NCBI GenBank assembly: GCA_964016885.1
Contig: CAXHJY010000304.1
Location: 1-64,000 of the forward strand
Source: Eledone cirrhosa
Lineage: Eukaryota
Length of the DNA: 64,000 nucleotides
Direction: 5' to 3'
The translations under genes and the position numbers were made by a program. This document shows, one piece after another, positions 52,201 through 64,000 of the stretch. The number at the start of each line of letters is the position of its first letter. Position 1 is the first letter of the stretch. A model generated the notes under the pieces. That model was not told where the DNA came from. It made no database searches and was given only the letters and a program-made list of their open reading frames with translations.

Positions 52201-55200
52201 GACTTGATAAAAAGGTGCTCAGCCCACACTGTAAAGTGGTCGTGTAGGTGTCATGACAAAAAGGTGCTCAGCCCACACTGTAAAGTGGTCGTGTAGGTGG
52301 CGTGACAAAAAGGTGCTCAGCCCACACTGTAAAGTGGTCGTGTAGGTGGCGTGACAAAAAGGTGCTCAGCCCACACTGTAAAGTGGTCGTGTAGGTGACG
52401 TGACAAAAAGGTGCTCAGCCCACACTGTAAAGTGGTCGTGTAGGTGTCATGACAAAAAGTTGCTCAGCCCACACTGTAAAGTGGTCGTGTAGGTGGCGTG
52501 ACAAAAAGGTGCTCAGCCCACACTGTAAAGTGGTCGTGTAGATGGCGTGACAAAAAGGTGCTCAGCCCACACTGTAAAGTGGTCGTGTAGGTGACTTGAC
52601 AAAAAGGTGCTCAGCCCACACTGTAAAGTGGTCGTGTAGGTGGCGTGACAAAAAGGTGCCCAGCCCACACTGTAACGTGGTCGTGTAGGTGACTTGACAA
52701 AAAGGTGCTCAGCCCACACTGTAAAGTGGTCGTGTAGGTGACTTGACAAAAAGGTGCTCAGCCCACACTGTAAAGTGGTCGTGTAGGTGTCATGACAAAA
52801 AGGTGCCCAGCCCACACTGTAAAGTGGTCGTGTAGGTGACTTGACAAAAAGGTGCCCAGCCCACACTGTAAACTGGTCGTGTAGGTGTCATGACAAAAAG
52901 GTGCTCAGCCCACACTGTAAAGTGGTCGTGTAGGTGGCGTGACAAAAAGGTGCTCAGCCCACACTGTAAAGTGGTCGTGTAGGTGACTTGACAAAAAGGT
53001 GCTCAGCCCACACTGTAAAGTGGTCGTGTAGGTGTCATGACAAAAAGGTGCTCAGCCCACACTGTAAAGTGGTCGTGTAGGTGTTACGACAAAAAGGTGC
53101 CCAGCCCACACTGTAAAGTGGTCGTGTAGGTGTCATGACAAAAAGGTGCCCAGCCCACACTGTAAAGTGGTCGTGTAGGTGGCGTGACAAAAAGGTGCTC
53201 AGCCCACACTGTAAAGTGGTCATGTAGGTGACTTGATAAAAAGGTGCTCAGCCCACGCTGTAAAGTGGTCGTGTAGGTGTCATGACAAAAAGGTGCTCAG
53301 CCCACACTGTAAAGTGGTCGTGTAGGTGGCGTGACAAAAAGGTGCTCAGCCCACACTGTAAAGTGGTCGTGTAGGTGGCGTGACAAAAAGGTGCTCAGCC
53401 CACACTGTAAAGTGGTCGTGTAGGTGACGTGACAAAAAGGTGCTCAGCCCACACTGTAAAGTGGTCGTGTAGGTGTCATGACAAAAAGTTGCTCAGCCCA
53501 CACTGTAAAGTGGTCGTGTAGGTGGCGTGACAAAAAGGTGCTCAGCCCACACTGTAAAGTGGTCGTGTAGGTGGCGTGACAAAAAGGTGCTCAGCCCACA
53601 CTGTAAAGTGGTCGTGTAGGTGACTTGACAAAAAGGTGATCAGCCCACACTGTAAAGTGGTCGTGTAGGTGGCGTGACAAAAAGGTGCCCAGCCCACACT
53701 GTAAAGTGGTCGTGTAGGTGACTTGACAAAAAGGTGCTCAGCCCACACTGTAAAGTGGTCGTGTAGGTGACTTGACAAAAAGGTGCTCAGCCCACACTGT
53801 AAAGTGGTCGTGTAGGTGTCATGACAAAAAGGTGCCCAGCCCACACTGTAAAGTGGTCGTGTAGGTGACTTGACAAAAAGGTGCCCAGCCCACACTGTAA
53901 ACTGGTCGTGTAGGTGTCATGACAAAAAGGTGCTCAGCCCACACTGTAAAGTGGTCGTGTAGGTGACTTGACAAAAAGGTGCTCAGCCCACACTGTAAAG
54001 TGGTCGTGTAGGTGGCGTGACAAAAAGGTGCTCAGCCCACACTGTAAAGTGGTCGTGTAGGTGACTTGACAAAAAGGTGCTCAGCCCACACTGTAAAGTG
54101 GTCGTGTAGGTGTCATGACAAAAAGGTGCCCAGCCCACACTGTAAAGTGGTCGTGTAGGTGACTTGACAAAAAGGTGCTCAGCCCACACTGTAAAGTGGT
54201 CGTGTAGGTGTCATGACAAAAAGGTGCCCAGCCCACACTGTAAAGTGGTCGTGTAGGTGACTTGACAAAAAGGTGCTTAGCCCACACTGTAAAGTGGTCG
54301 TGTAGGTGTCATGACAAAAAGGTGCCCAGCCCACATTGTAAAGTGGTCGTGTAGGTGACTTGACAAAAAGGTGCTCAGCCCACACTGTAAAGTGGTCGTG
54401 TAGGTGTCATGACAAAAAGGTGCCCAGCCCACACTGTAAAGTGGTCGTGTAGGTGTCATGACAAAAAGGTGCCCAGCCCACACTGTAAAGTGGTCGTGTA
54501 GGTGACTTGACAAAAAGGTGCTCAGCCCACACTGTAAAGTGGTCGTGTAGGTGTCATGACAAAAAGGTGCTCAGCCCACACTGTAAAGTGGTCGTGTAGG
54601 TGTCATGACAAAAAGGTGCCCAGCCCACACTGTAAAGTGGTCGTGTAGGTGTCATGACAAAAAGGTGCCCAGCCCACACTGTAAAGTGGTCGTGTAGGTG
54701 TCATGACAAAAAGGTGCTCAGCCCACACTGTAAAGTGGTCGTGTAGGTGGCGTGACAAAAAGGTGCTCAGCCCACACTGTAAAGTGGTCGTGTAGGTGAC
54801 TTGACAAAAAGGTGCTCAGCCCACACTGTAAAGTGGTCGTGTAGGTGTCATGACAAAAAGGTGCTCAGCCCACACTGTAAAGTGGTCGTGTAGGTGGCGT
54901 GACAAAAAGGTGCTCAGCCCACACTGTAAAGTGGTCGTGTAGGTGGCGTGACAAAAAGGTGCTCAGCCCACACTGTAAAGTGGTCGTGTAGGTGACGTGA
55001 CAAAAAGGTGCTCAGCCCACACTGTAAAGTGGTCGTGTAGGTGTCATGACAAAAAGGTGCTCAGCCCACACTGTAAAGTGGTCGTGTAGGTGGCGTGACA
55101 AAAAGGTGCTCAGCCCACACTGTAAAGTGGTCGTGTAGGTGGCGTGACAAAAAGGTGCTCAGCCCACACTGTAAAGTGGTCGTGTAGGTGACTTGACAAA

Positions 55201-58200
55201 AAGGTGCTCAGCCCACACTGTAAAGTGGTCGTGTAGGTGGCGTGACAAAAAGGTGCCCAGCCCACACTGTAAAGTGGTCGTGTAGGTGACTTGACAAAAA
55301 GGTGCTCAGCCCACACTGTAAAGTGGTCGTGTAGGTGTCATGACAAAAAGGTGCTCAGCCCACACTGTAAAGTGGTCGTGTAGGTGTCATGACAAAAAGG
55401 TGCCCAGCCCACACTGTAAAGTGGTCGTGTAGGTGACTTGACAAAAAGGTGCCCAGCCCTCACTGTAAACTGGTCGTGTAGGTGTCATTACAAAAAGGTG
55501 CTCAGCCCACACTGTAAAGTGGTCGTGTAGGTGGCGTGACAAAAAGGTGCTCAGCCCACACTGTAAAGTGGTCGTGTAGGTGACTTGACAAAAAGGTGCT
55601 CAGCCCACACTGTAAAGTGGTCGTGTAGGTGTCATGACAAAAAGGTGCTCAGCCCACACTGTAAAGTGGTCGTGTAGGTGTTATGACAAAAAGGTGCCCA
55701 GCCCACACTGTAAAGTGGTCGTGTAGGTGTCATGACAAAAAGGTGCCCAGCCCACACTGTAAAGTGGTCGTGTAGGTGGCATGACAAAAAGGTGCCCAGC
55801 CCACACTGTAAAGTGGTCGTGTAGGTGTCATGACAAAAAGGTGCTCAGCCCACACTGTAAAGTGGTCGTGTAGGTGGCGTGACAAAAAGGTGCTCAGCCC
55901 ACACTGTAAAGTGGTCGTGTAGGTGACTTGACAAAAAGGTGCTCAGCCCACACTGTAAAGTGGTCGTGTAGGTGTCATGACAAAAAGGTGCCCAGCCCAC
56001 ACTGTAAAGTGGTCGTGTAGGTGACTTGACAAAAAGGTGCTCAGCCCACACTGTAAAGTGGTCGTGTAGGTGTCATGACAAAAAGGTGCCCAGCCCACAC
56101 TGTAAAGTGGTCGTGTAGGTGTCATGACAAAAAGGTGCCCAGCCCACACTGTAAAGTGGTCGTGTAGGTGACTTGACAAAAAGGTGCTCAGCCCACACTG
56201 TAAAGTGGTCGTGTAGGTGTCATGACAAAAAGGTGCTCAGCCCACACTGTAAAGTGGTCGTGTAGGTGTCATGACAAAAAGGTGCCCAGCCCACACTGTA
56301 AAGTGGTCGTGTAGGTGTCATGACAAAAAGGTGCCCAGCCCACACTGTAAAGTGGTCGTGTAGGTGTCATGACAAAAAGGTGCTCAGCCCACACTGTAAA
56401 GTGGTCGTGTAGGTGGCGTGACAAAAAGGTGCTCAGCCCACACTGTAAAGTGGTCGTGTAGGTGACTTGATAAAAAGGTGCTCAGCCCACACTGTAAAGT
56501 GGTCGTGTAGGTGTCATGACAAAAAGGTGCTCAGCCCACACTGTAAAGTGGTCGTGTAGGTGGCGTGACAAAAAGGTGCTCAGCCCACACTGTAAAGTGG
56601 TCGTGTAGGTGGCGTGACAAAAAGGTGCTCAGCCCACACTGTAAAGTGGTCGTGTAGGTGACGTGACAAAAAGGTGCTCAGCCCACACTGTAAAGTGGTC
56701 GTGTAGGTGTCATGACAAAAAGTTGCTCAGCCCACACTGTAAAGTGGTCGTGTAGGTGGCGTGACAAAAAGGTGCTCAGCCCACACTGTAAAGTGGTCGT
56801 GTAGATGGCGTGACAAAAAGGTGCTCAGCCCACACTGTAAAGTGGTCGTGTAGGTGACTTGACAAAAAGGTGCTCAGCCCACACTGTAAGGTGGTCGTGT
56901 AGGTGGCGTGACAAAAAGGTGCCCAGCCCACACTGTAAAGTGGTCGTGTAGGTGACTTGACAAAAAGGTGCTCAGCCCACACTGTAAAGTGGTCGTGTAG
57001 GTGACTTGACAAAAAGGTGCTCAGCCCACACTGTAAAGTGGTCGTGTAGGTGTCATGACAAAAAGGTGCTCAGCCCACACTGTAAAGTGGTCGTGTAGGT
57101 ATTACGACAAAAAGGTGCCCAGCCCACACTGTAAAGTGGTCGTGTAGGTGTCATGACAAAAAGGTGCCCAGCCCACACTGTAAAGTGGTCGTGTAGGTGT
57201 CATGACAAAAAGGTGCCCAGCCCACACTGTAAAGTGGTCGTGTAGGTGTCATGACAAAAAGGTGTTCAGCCCACACTGTAAAGTGGTCGTGTAGGTGGCG
57301 TGACAAAAAGGTGCTCAGCCCACACTGTAAAGTGGTCGTGTAGGTGACTTGACAAAAAGGTGCTCAGCCCACACTGTAAAGTGGTCGTGTAGGTGTCATG
57401 ACAAAAAGGTGCTCAGCCCACACTGTAAAGTGGTCGTGTAGGTGGCGTGACAAAAAGGTGCTTAGCCCACACTGTAAAGTGGTCGTGTAGGTGACTTGAC
57501 AAAAAGGTGCTCAGCCCACACTGTAAAGTGGTCGTGTAGGTGGCGTGACAAAAAGGTGCCCAGCCCACACTGTAAAGTGGTCGTGTAGGTGACTTGACAA
57601 AAAGGTGCTCAGCCCACAATGTAAAGTGGTCGTGTAGGTGACTTGACAAAAAGGTGCTCAGCCCACACTGTAAAGTGGTCGTGTAGGTGTCATGACAAAA
57701 AGGTGCCCAGCCCACACTGTAAAGTGGTCGTGTAGGTGACTTGACAAAAAGGTGCTCAGCCCACACTGTAAAGTGGTCGTGTAGGTGTCATGACAAAAAG
57801 GTGCTCAGCCCACACTGTAAAGTGGTCGTGTAGGTGGCGTGACAAAAAGGTGCTCAGCCCACACTGTAAAGTGGTCGTGTAGGTGACTTGACAAAAAGGT
57901 GCTCAGCCCACACTGTAAAGTGGTCGTGTAGGTGTCATGACAAAAAGGTGCTCAGCCCACACTGTAAAGTGGTCGTGTAGGTGGCGTGACAAAAAGTTGC
58001 TCAGCCCACACTGTAAAGTGGTCGTGTAGGTGGCGTGACAAAAAGGTGCTCAGCCCACACTGTAAAGTGGTCGTGTAGGTGACTTGACAAAAAGGTGCTC
58101 AGCCCACACTGTAAAGTGGTCGTGTAGGTGTCATGACAAAAAGGTGCTCAGCCCACACTGTAAAGTGGTCGTGTAGGTGGCGTGACAAAAAGTGCCCAGC

Positions 58201-58530
58201 CGACACTGTAAAGTGGTCGTGTAGGTGACGTGACAAAAAGTGCCCAGCCCACACTGTAAAGTGGTCGTGTAGGTGACGTGACAAAAAGTGCCCAGCCCAC
58301 ACTGTAAAGTGGTCGTGTAGGTGACTACCCAAAAAGTGCCCAGCCCACACTGTAAAGTGGTTGGTATTTGGAAGGGCATCCATCCATAGAAACAAAGTCA
58401 GAACCAGTTATGTATGAGCAAGACATGGTCACCTAATCTGACTTGCCTCATAATGGGATAACTTGACTAACCCATGCTAGTGTGAAAAAGTGGCCATTAA
58501 ATGGTGATGATGATGATGATGATGATGATG
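34202..58530 (+). mobile_element. RTE LINE 3' end hosting the satellite array
   Basis: Left flank 34202-34341 resembles the RTE ORF end and C-rich UTR start (aagacctgtcttgcc...). Right flank 58361-58530 is the RTE tail (ttggtatttggaagggcatcc...cccatgctagtgtg...gatgatgat). Confidence 0.8.
34342..58360. repeat. 49-bp tandem satellite, ~24 kb, ~490 monomers
   Basis: Consensus cagcccacactgtaaagtggtcgtgtaggtg[TCA/GCG/ACT/ACG]tgacaaaaaggtgc[T/C]. Confidence 0.98.
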
Positions 58531-59696
58531 AACTCAGTAAATCGTAATATATAACAGAATGTATATATAAAGTGAGGTGTTATATATAAAGCACTCCTTA
58601 AATATTAAACACACTCCATTACATTGTTTGTTGTTGTTTGATTCCTTAGTGATGTGGTTTTCTTCACGATTTCAACAATCACACGTACTTAAACACACAT
58701 ACATAAACACATAATCACACATACATAAACACATAATCACACTCATACACATACACATATACATCCAATATTTTTGTTATGTCATTGTAGAAATTTTGCC
58801 CTTCTAAGTTTTTTTCTTTTTCGCTTGCTCTATTTTAATCATGTTATTCTTCATGAGACAGTAAGTACATGACCGAGACCCACATATTCAGGGAAGTTCT
58901 CTTAGCTCTCTTCTCAGCTCTCTTGGATTTTCTACATATATGTACAAACATTTTAAATCAGTTATACTAAAACAACAGGCCATCAGAGATATGTTCACAC
59001 ACGTTAAATAGAAATAGAATTTAATTCAGATATTGTTAGGCATAATGCATTTATTTTTATATGCAAATGATTCAAAGGGAACAAAAATCATCGAAGCTCT
59101 GATCACATTTCTAGAGAGAATTTTCCTTTTATTTGTTTATTTATTTATTTCTTCACTTGTTAACTTGCTCGTTAATAATGGGTCAAATATTTAATTTTTT
59201 TTTCTTATAATTATGTAATGAAAGAAAAATAGGTGCATATCAAATATACATAGTCATAGATACATATATAACTTTAAGTACATATCAAATGTTTATAGCC
59301 CTAAATACATATATAATTCGAGGTACATACACGGCCATAAATACATATATTAACTATTGGTATATACATAACTATATGTATATACATAGCAATATGCATA
59401 TGCATAATTCTAAATATATACGTAACTATAAGTATATATCAAATATATGTAGCTGTAGATCAGAGCTGGCACTACCATTAAGGCCAACCAGGCTATCTGC
59501 TGCCACTTCAGAAAGGTGCATTACTGAACTTTAAAAGATCACAGTTTTATACATATATATATATGTGAATGGTCCTATAACTCTTGATTGAGTCATAGGG
59601 GCACTGTATTGACATACAACATTTCTTGGGTATTTTAAGCCTGGTGGAGCCCATCTAGGCCTGAGTACAACAGATTTCTTCCACAGAGAGCGGAAG

Positions 59697-59962
59697 AATC
59701 GACCCCAGTACTAGATGGGTCTTTTCTTTTCGACCTCAAAGGGATGAAAGGCAAAGTTGACCTCAGCGGGATTTGAACTCCGAGAGCAGAGAGCCGGAGC
59801 GAATGCCATAAAGCATTCTATCCGATGTTCTAACGACTCTGCCATTCTATCCGATGTTCTAACGACTCTGCCATTCTATCCGATGTTCTAACGACTCTGC
59901 CATTCTATCCGATGTTCTAACGACTCTGCCATTCTATCCGATGTTCTAACGACTCTGCCAAT
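59697..59962 (-). mobile_element. tRNA-derived SINE (family B) with five tandem copies of its 29-bp 5' segment
   Basis: gggatgaaaggcaaagttgacctcagcgggatttgaactc plus (cattctatccgatgttctaacgactctgc)x5 at 59814-59958. Confidence 0.85.
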
Positions 59963-60224
59963 TCATTACATTATGTATAAGTAAATTAAATATATAATAA
60001 TTGCCTACATTCAATAAATGACTAAATATCTTTGCTATGTAGCAGCATTGTAGAAATACCCAAAGCACTGTGAAGGGTTGTATGGTCTTATGACCTATTA
60101 CATGATTTGGCATGAGTGAGTGAGAATTATGTAATAGAAAATGTTATTCTTTTCAGTTATTCTTTTTCAGTTTGGTTAGAGCAAGAAGTGTCAAGTTTAG
60201 AATAGGTTCACGGTAAGAAGCAAG

Positions 60225-60351
60225 CGACTAAAAGGGTTGGTGTCAGGAAGACATCCTGCTATAAAACATTGCCTCAATATATCCCCTCCAACCCATGCCA
60301 GCATGGAAAAATTGAAGTAAAACTGATGATGATTCTGAATGATGATGATGA
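60225..60351 (+). mobile_element. RTE-type 3' tail fragment, tail-to-tail with the next RTE
   Basis: ggttggtgtcaggaagacatcc...acccatgccagcatggaaaa...gatgatgat. Confidence 0.65.
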
Positions 60352-62893
60352 TCATCATCATCATTATCATCGTTTAACGTCCATTTTCCACGCTAGCATG
60401 GGTCTGGACGGGAGTTGTCCCACTTGAGGCAAGATTGGTTGTCTTGCTCAGGACTGTCTGGCGGGTTTTCTACAGCTGGATGCCCTTCCTAACACCAACC
60501 ACGTTTACAGTGTGGACTGGGAGGTTTTTACCATGTTACTTACATGGCCACGTTACAGCATGGACTGTGTGTTTTATTGTCGTGACACCTACACGTCTGG
60601 CGGGTTTTCTACGGCTGGGTGCCCTTCCCAACACCAACCACGTTTACAGTGTCTACTGGGAGGTTTTTACCGTGTTACCTACACGGCCACATTAAGTGTG
60701 GACTGTGTGTTTTTTTGTCGTGACACCTACACGACCTCATTTGTTTCGGACAGGATGTTGGTACCAACATAACTTTACATTGAAAGGGGTGGTGTGGATG
60801 GGGTGGAGGTAGTGGGACGGGGGTGTATTTTGTTAGAGGTGCCTACTGACTGTAGGTTTCGCTTTGTACTTAGGCAAGGCGGGTCTTCTGTATAACTGTG
60901 TAGCGCCAAAGATCTTGGTCCAGTGACATTGTCTTGGAGAGGTGTAAGTGTGTGAGGTCGGAATTTATCAAGTCGTCCCAGGTTTTTCTGGGTCTGCCTA
61001 CTCCTTGTCTACCGTCTATTTTTATCGCCCTGCACTTTTTTTATACAGCTGTCGTCTTTCATGCGCATCACGTGACCGTACCAACGTAGTCTTCTCTCGA
61101 GTAAACAACATCTGATCCCTCTTATTCCTAATTTCTCCCTTAGTTCGTTTATGCTTTGCCATTCATGTATATTACTATTACACATCCAGCGGAGCATGCA
61201 AGCTTTGTTTCTCTCCAGTCTGCGTATATCCTCTGCACACAATGCCCAGGTCTCACTGCCATGTAACATTGCTGTTCGTATGCAGGCATCATACGGCCTG
61301 CCTTTCATTTTTAGAGAGAACCCTTTAGCGGCTAATAGTGGTATAAGCTCTCTGAACTTTTTCCATCCCGTTCTGACTCTAGCTACTGTACTTTCAGAGC
61401 ACCCTCCCCCACTGCTGATTTTGTCACCCAGGTAACGGAAGCTGTCCACTATTTCTATAGAACCATCTGTGCAATGGAATGAGCTAGTATTCTGTGGGCA
61501 CTTGCTGCTACTTATTGCACCAGAGCACCGGCCACATATAAAATCTATATTCTTAGTTAGCTTACCTGTGATCCCACTACATCTTTTATGCACCCATACT
61601 TTGCATTTGGGACATAAAATGGAGTTTCTGCCTACTCCTTTCCTACACACTGAGCATAGCCATTTCCCGGATGGGACCGGTACCCTATTTTCCTTCCTAC
61701 AAACTAGAACTTTAGTCTTAGACAAGTTAACTTTAAGGCCTTTTGATTCTAGGCCATGCTTCCATGTTTGGAATTTCTTCTCTAGTTCGGCCATTGATTC
61801 AGCTATGAGCGTTAGATCATCTGCATATAGGAGTTCCCATGGGCAACCAGTCTTGAACTCCTCTGTTATAGCCTGAAGGGCAATAATAAATAGTAGGGGG
61901 CTAAGGACGGGGCCCTGATGAACACCAACTTTTACGCTAAACTCTTCACTATATTCGTTGTTAATTCTAACCTTGCTGACTGTTTCTTTATACATGGCTT
62001 GTATAGCTCTCAAGCCATTCATCAACACCTAGTTTTCTAAGGGCCCACCAGATAATCGAGCGGGGTACTCTGTCAAAGGCTTTCTCCAAGTCAACAAAGG
62101 CTAAGTATAGGCGTTTACTTTTAGCTAGGTACTTCTCCTGTAGTTGTCGTACAATGAAGAGAGCGTCTGTTGTACTTTTACCTGACACAAACCCAAACTG
62201 CATTTCGTCTAGATCAATTCGCTCTCTGATTAGTTGCGCTATTACTTTTTCTGTGACCTTCATGACCTGGTCAATTAATTTAATGCCTCTATAGTTTCTC
62301 CTATCTAGGGCATCACCTTTACCCTTGTAGCAGTTAATGATGATGCAGCTGCGCCAGTCCTTCGGAACGACCCCATTCTGTATGACTTGGTTTACTATCC
62401 GCGTGACCATAGTGTGTCCCACCGTTCCAGATACTTTCAGCATTTCGGCAACTATTTCCGCCTTACTTATTATACTACCTTCAACTTGCACTGCTGGTCC
62501 CTCTATTGGATCGATGTGGGGGAGACTGTATTTCTCCCAATTATTCTCCTCATTTAGTAGCCTTTCATAGTGACACTTCCAAGCTACCTTCTTATCAGCG
62601 TCAGTGATGGCAAGTACACCATCATCATTAAGGACACACTTCTCCCCGACAATATCACTGTTTTCCTTGACACATTGCCTAGCAATCCTGAACACCTCAC
62701 GTTTTTGGTCCTTGCATTGTAGAACATGCTTGAACTTTCTTTCCTCTGCTTCCCTTCTTGCGAAGTACACTTGTCTCCTAGCTTCCCTCCTGGCCACTTG
62801 ATAGTCTTCTTTACTTCCCTCATCCCGCCACGCTTTCCAAGCCTACTTTTTGGCCTTGATTGACCCCTCCACCTTACTGTTCCACCACCAAGC
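60352..62893 (-). mobile_element. 5'-truncated RTE LINE (~2.5 kb), frameshifted, with a duplication in the 3'UTR
   Basis: ORFs 61988-62797 and 61009-62028 carry RT motifs. The UTR block ~60455-60595 is repeated at ~60596-60735. (CAT)n tail at 60352. Confidence 0.93.
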
Positions 62894-62912
62894 ATTATAT
62901 ATCATCATATAC

Positions 62913-63100
62913 CAGGCGGTGGATTGGCAGTATCAGTAGAGGGTCGGACGCCATGCTTTCCAGCATAGTTACGTCCCTTTACAATCTGAGTTCAAATCCC
63001 GCCGAGGTTGACTTTGCCTTTCATCCTTACGGGGTCGATAAAATAAAGTACCAGTAATGCACTGGGTAATTGCTGGCCTTGTGCCTAAAGTAGAAACAAT
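62913..63100 (+). mobile_element. tRNA-derived SINE (family B)
   Basis: ggcggtggattggcagtatcagtag (A box region), gagttcaaatccc (B box), body gccgaggttgactttgcctttcatcc...gggtcgataaaat. Confidence 0.85.
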
Positions 63101-63234
63101 TATATATCATCATCATCATCATCATCATCATTTTACGTCCGCTTTTCTCTGCTTGCATTATGTCTATATGTGTGTGTATATATATACAGTATATATATAA
63201 CAAAATTTGTTTTCGCTCTAACACTTACGAATAC

Positions 63235-63237
<3 letters not shown>

Positions 63238-63276
<39 letters not shown>
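63238..63276. repeat. (GT)n microsatellite
   Basis: Pure GT run. Confidence 0.93.
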
Positions 63277-63278
<2 letters not shown>

Positions 63279-63379
63279 TATATCAGGATATAAAAACGTG
63301 TATGTGTGCATACAAGCATTCATGTTTTATTCCTTACACATAAACAACAGAGAAGTTAACTAAAAAGAGGCATTACTGC

Positions 63380-63905
63380 CAACACCCAAAACAACAACAC
63401 AACCACCACCAACACCACCACCACCACCACCACCACCACAACAACAACAACAACACGCAAACACAACCAAAACAAGAACAACAAACCAACCTGCAAGCAC
63501 ATTCCCACCCAACCCCACTCCACCTAAAACCACTGCAAAACACCCACAAACACAACAGCTCCCCAAAACATACCCCTTCCAAATAGCACAGACACCACAA
63601 CGGACGAGGCCCCCACATCATCACCAAGTGATGATGAGGGAGAGCCTCTCCGTTCGAAAAGAAAGAAGAAAAGACACCACAAGAACAACAAAACAACAAA
63701 CATCACTACAAACATACAACCACAAACATTACAAACAACACAAACATTACAAACAAACCCCCCCCCCCCCCGTCTCGAAAACAAAACCACGACATCACTC
63801 CAAACACAAACACCTACAACAAAACGAAAGCTCCCACAAGAACAACAGACAAAAACCACCGCAACACAAGAAGAAGATTACACATACATAAACAGTAAAA
63901 ACAAA
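63380..63905. repeat. CAA/CAC-rich low-complexity region
   Basis: A/C-rich degenerate trinucleotide repeats. Confidence 0.8.
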
Positions 63906-64000
63906 ACTTTAATGGAGGTCATCTCCAACGACCCTTCGGTGAAAACTGAAGGGAAAACTTTTTCGAACTGTGTAGACAAACCTAATTTAAGTCTTTAAAG

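Noticed and set aside
34342-58360. CRISPR array
   Set aside because: There are no unique spacers; only a 3-nt slot and one base vary. No cas genes, eukaryotic context, and the unit derives from an RTE UTR.
36642-58395. Repeated MWAEHLFVKSPTRPLYSVG ORFs
   Set aside because: By-products of the 49-bp period. ORF length depends only on the C/T switch that creates TGA.
62913-63005. tRNA gene
   Set aside because: A and B boxes are present but there is no cloverleaf, and it continues into a body shared with dispersed copies, so it is a SINE head.

Overview
Repeat-saturated eukaryotic genomic DNA. The repeat families resemble those of octopus/cephalopods, but that assignment is an inference. No complete host gene is visible; the long YI/MY/CV ORFs are microsatellite translations. 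Layout: (1) 1-8.3 kb is a compound (TA)n tract arranged as a ~3.5-kb tandem duplication, with two RTE-LINE 3' tails, a hairpin element and a non-autonomous Helitron. (2) 8.3-8.9 kb is a Penelope-like/retrozyme-type remnant carrying a structurally complete type I hammerhead ribozyme with a U3-A8 core variant. (3) 9-19 kb holds SINEs, TTAA MITEs, microsatellites and four phase-compatible candidate exons on the minus strand. (4) 19-34 kb is a nested TE pile: a hAT transposase remnant, an RTE LINE interrupted by an RT-deleted CR1-like LINE and by a full-length decayed Gypsy-type LTR element, and two more RTE copies. (5) 34.3-58.4 kb is a ~24-kb, ~490-copy 49-bp satellite amplified inside a single RTE 3'UTR, with multi-kb higher-order duplications. 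(6) 58.5-64 kb holds more SINE and RTE copies and low-complexity DNA.
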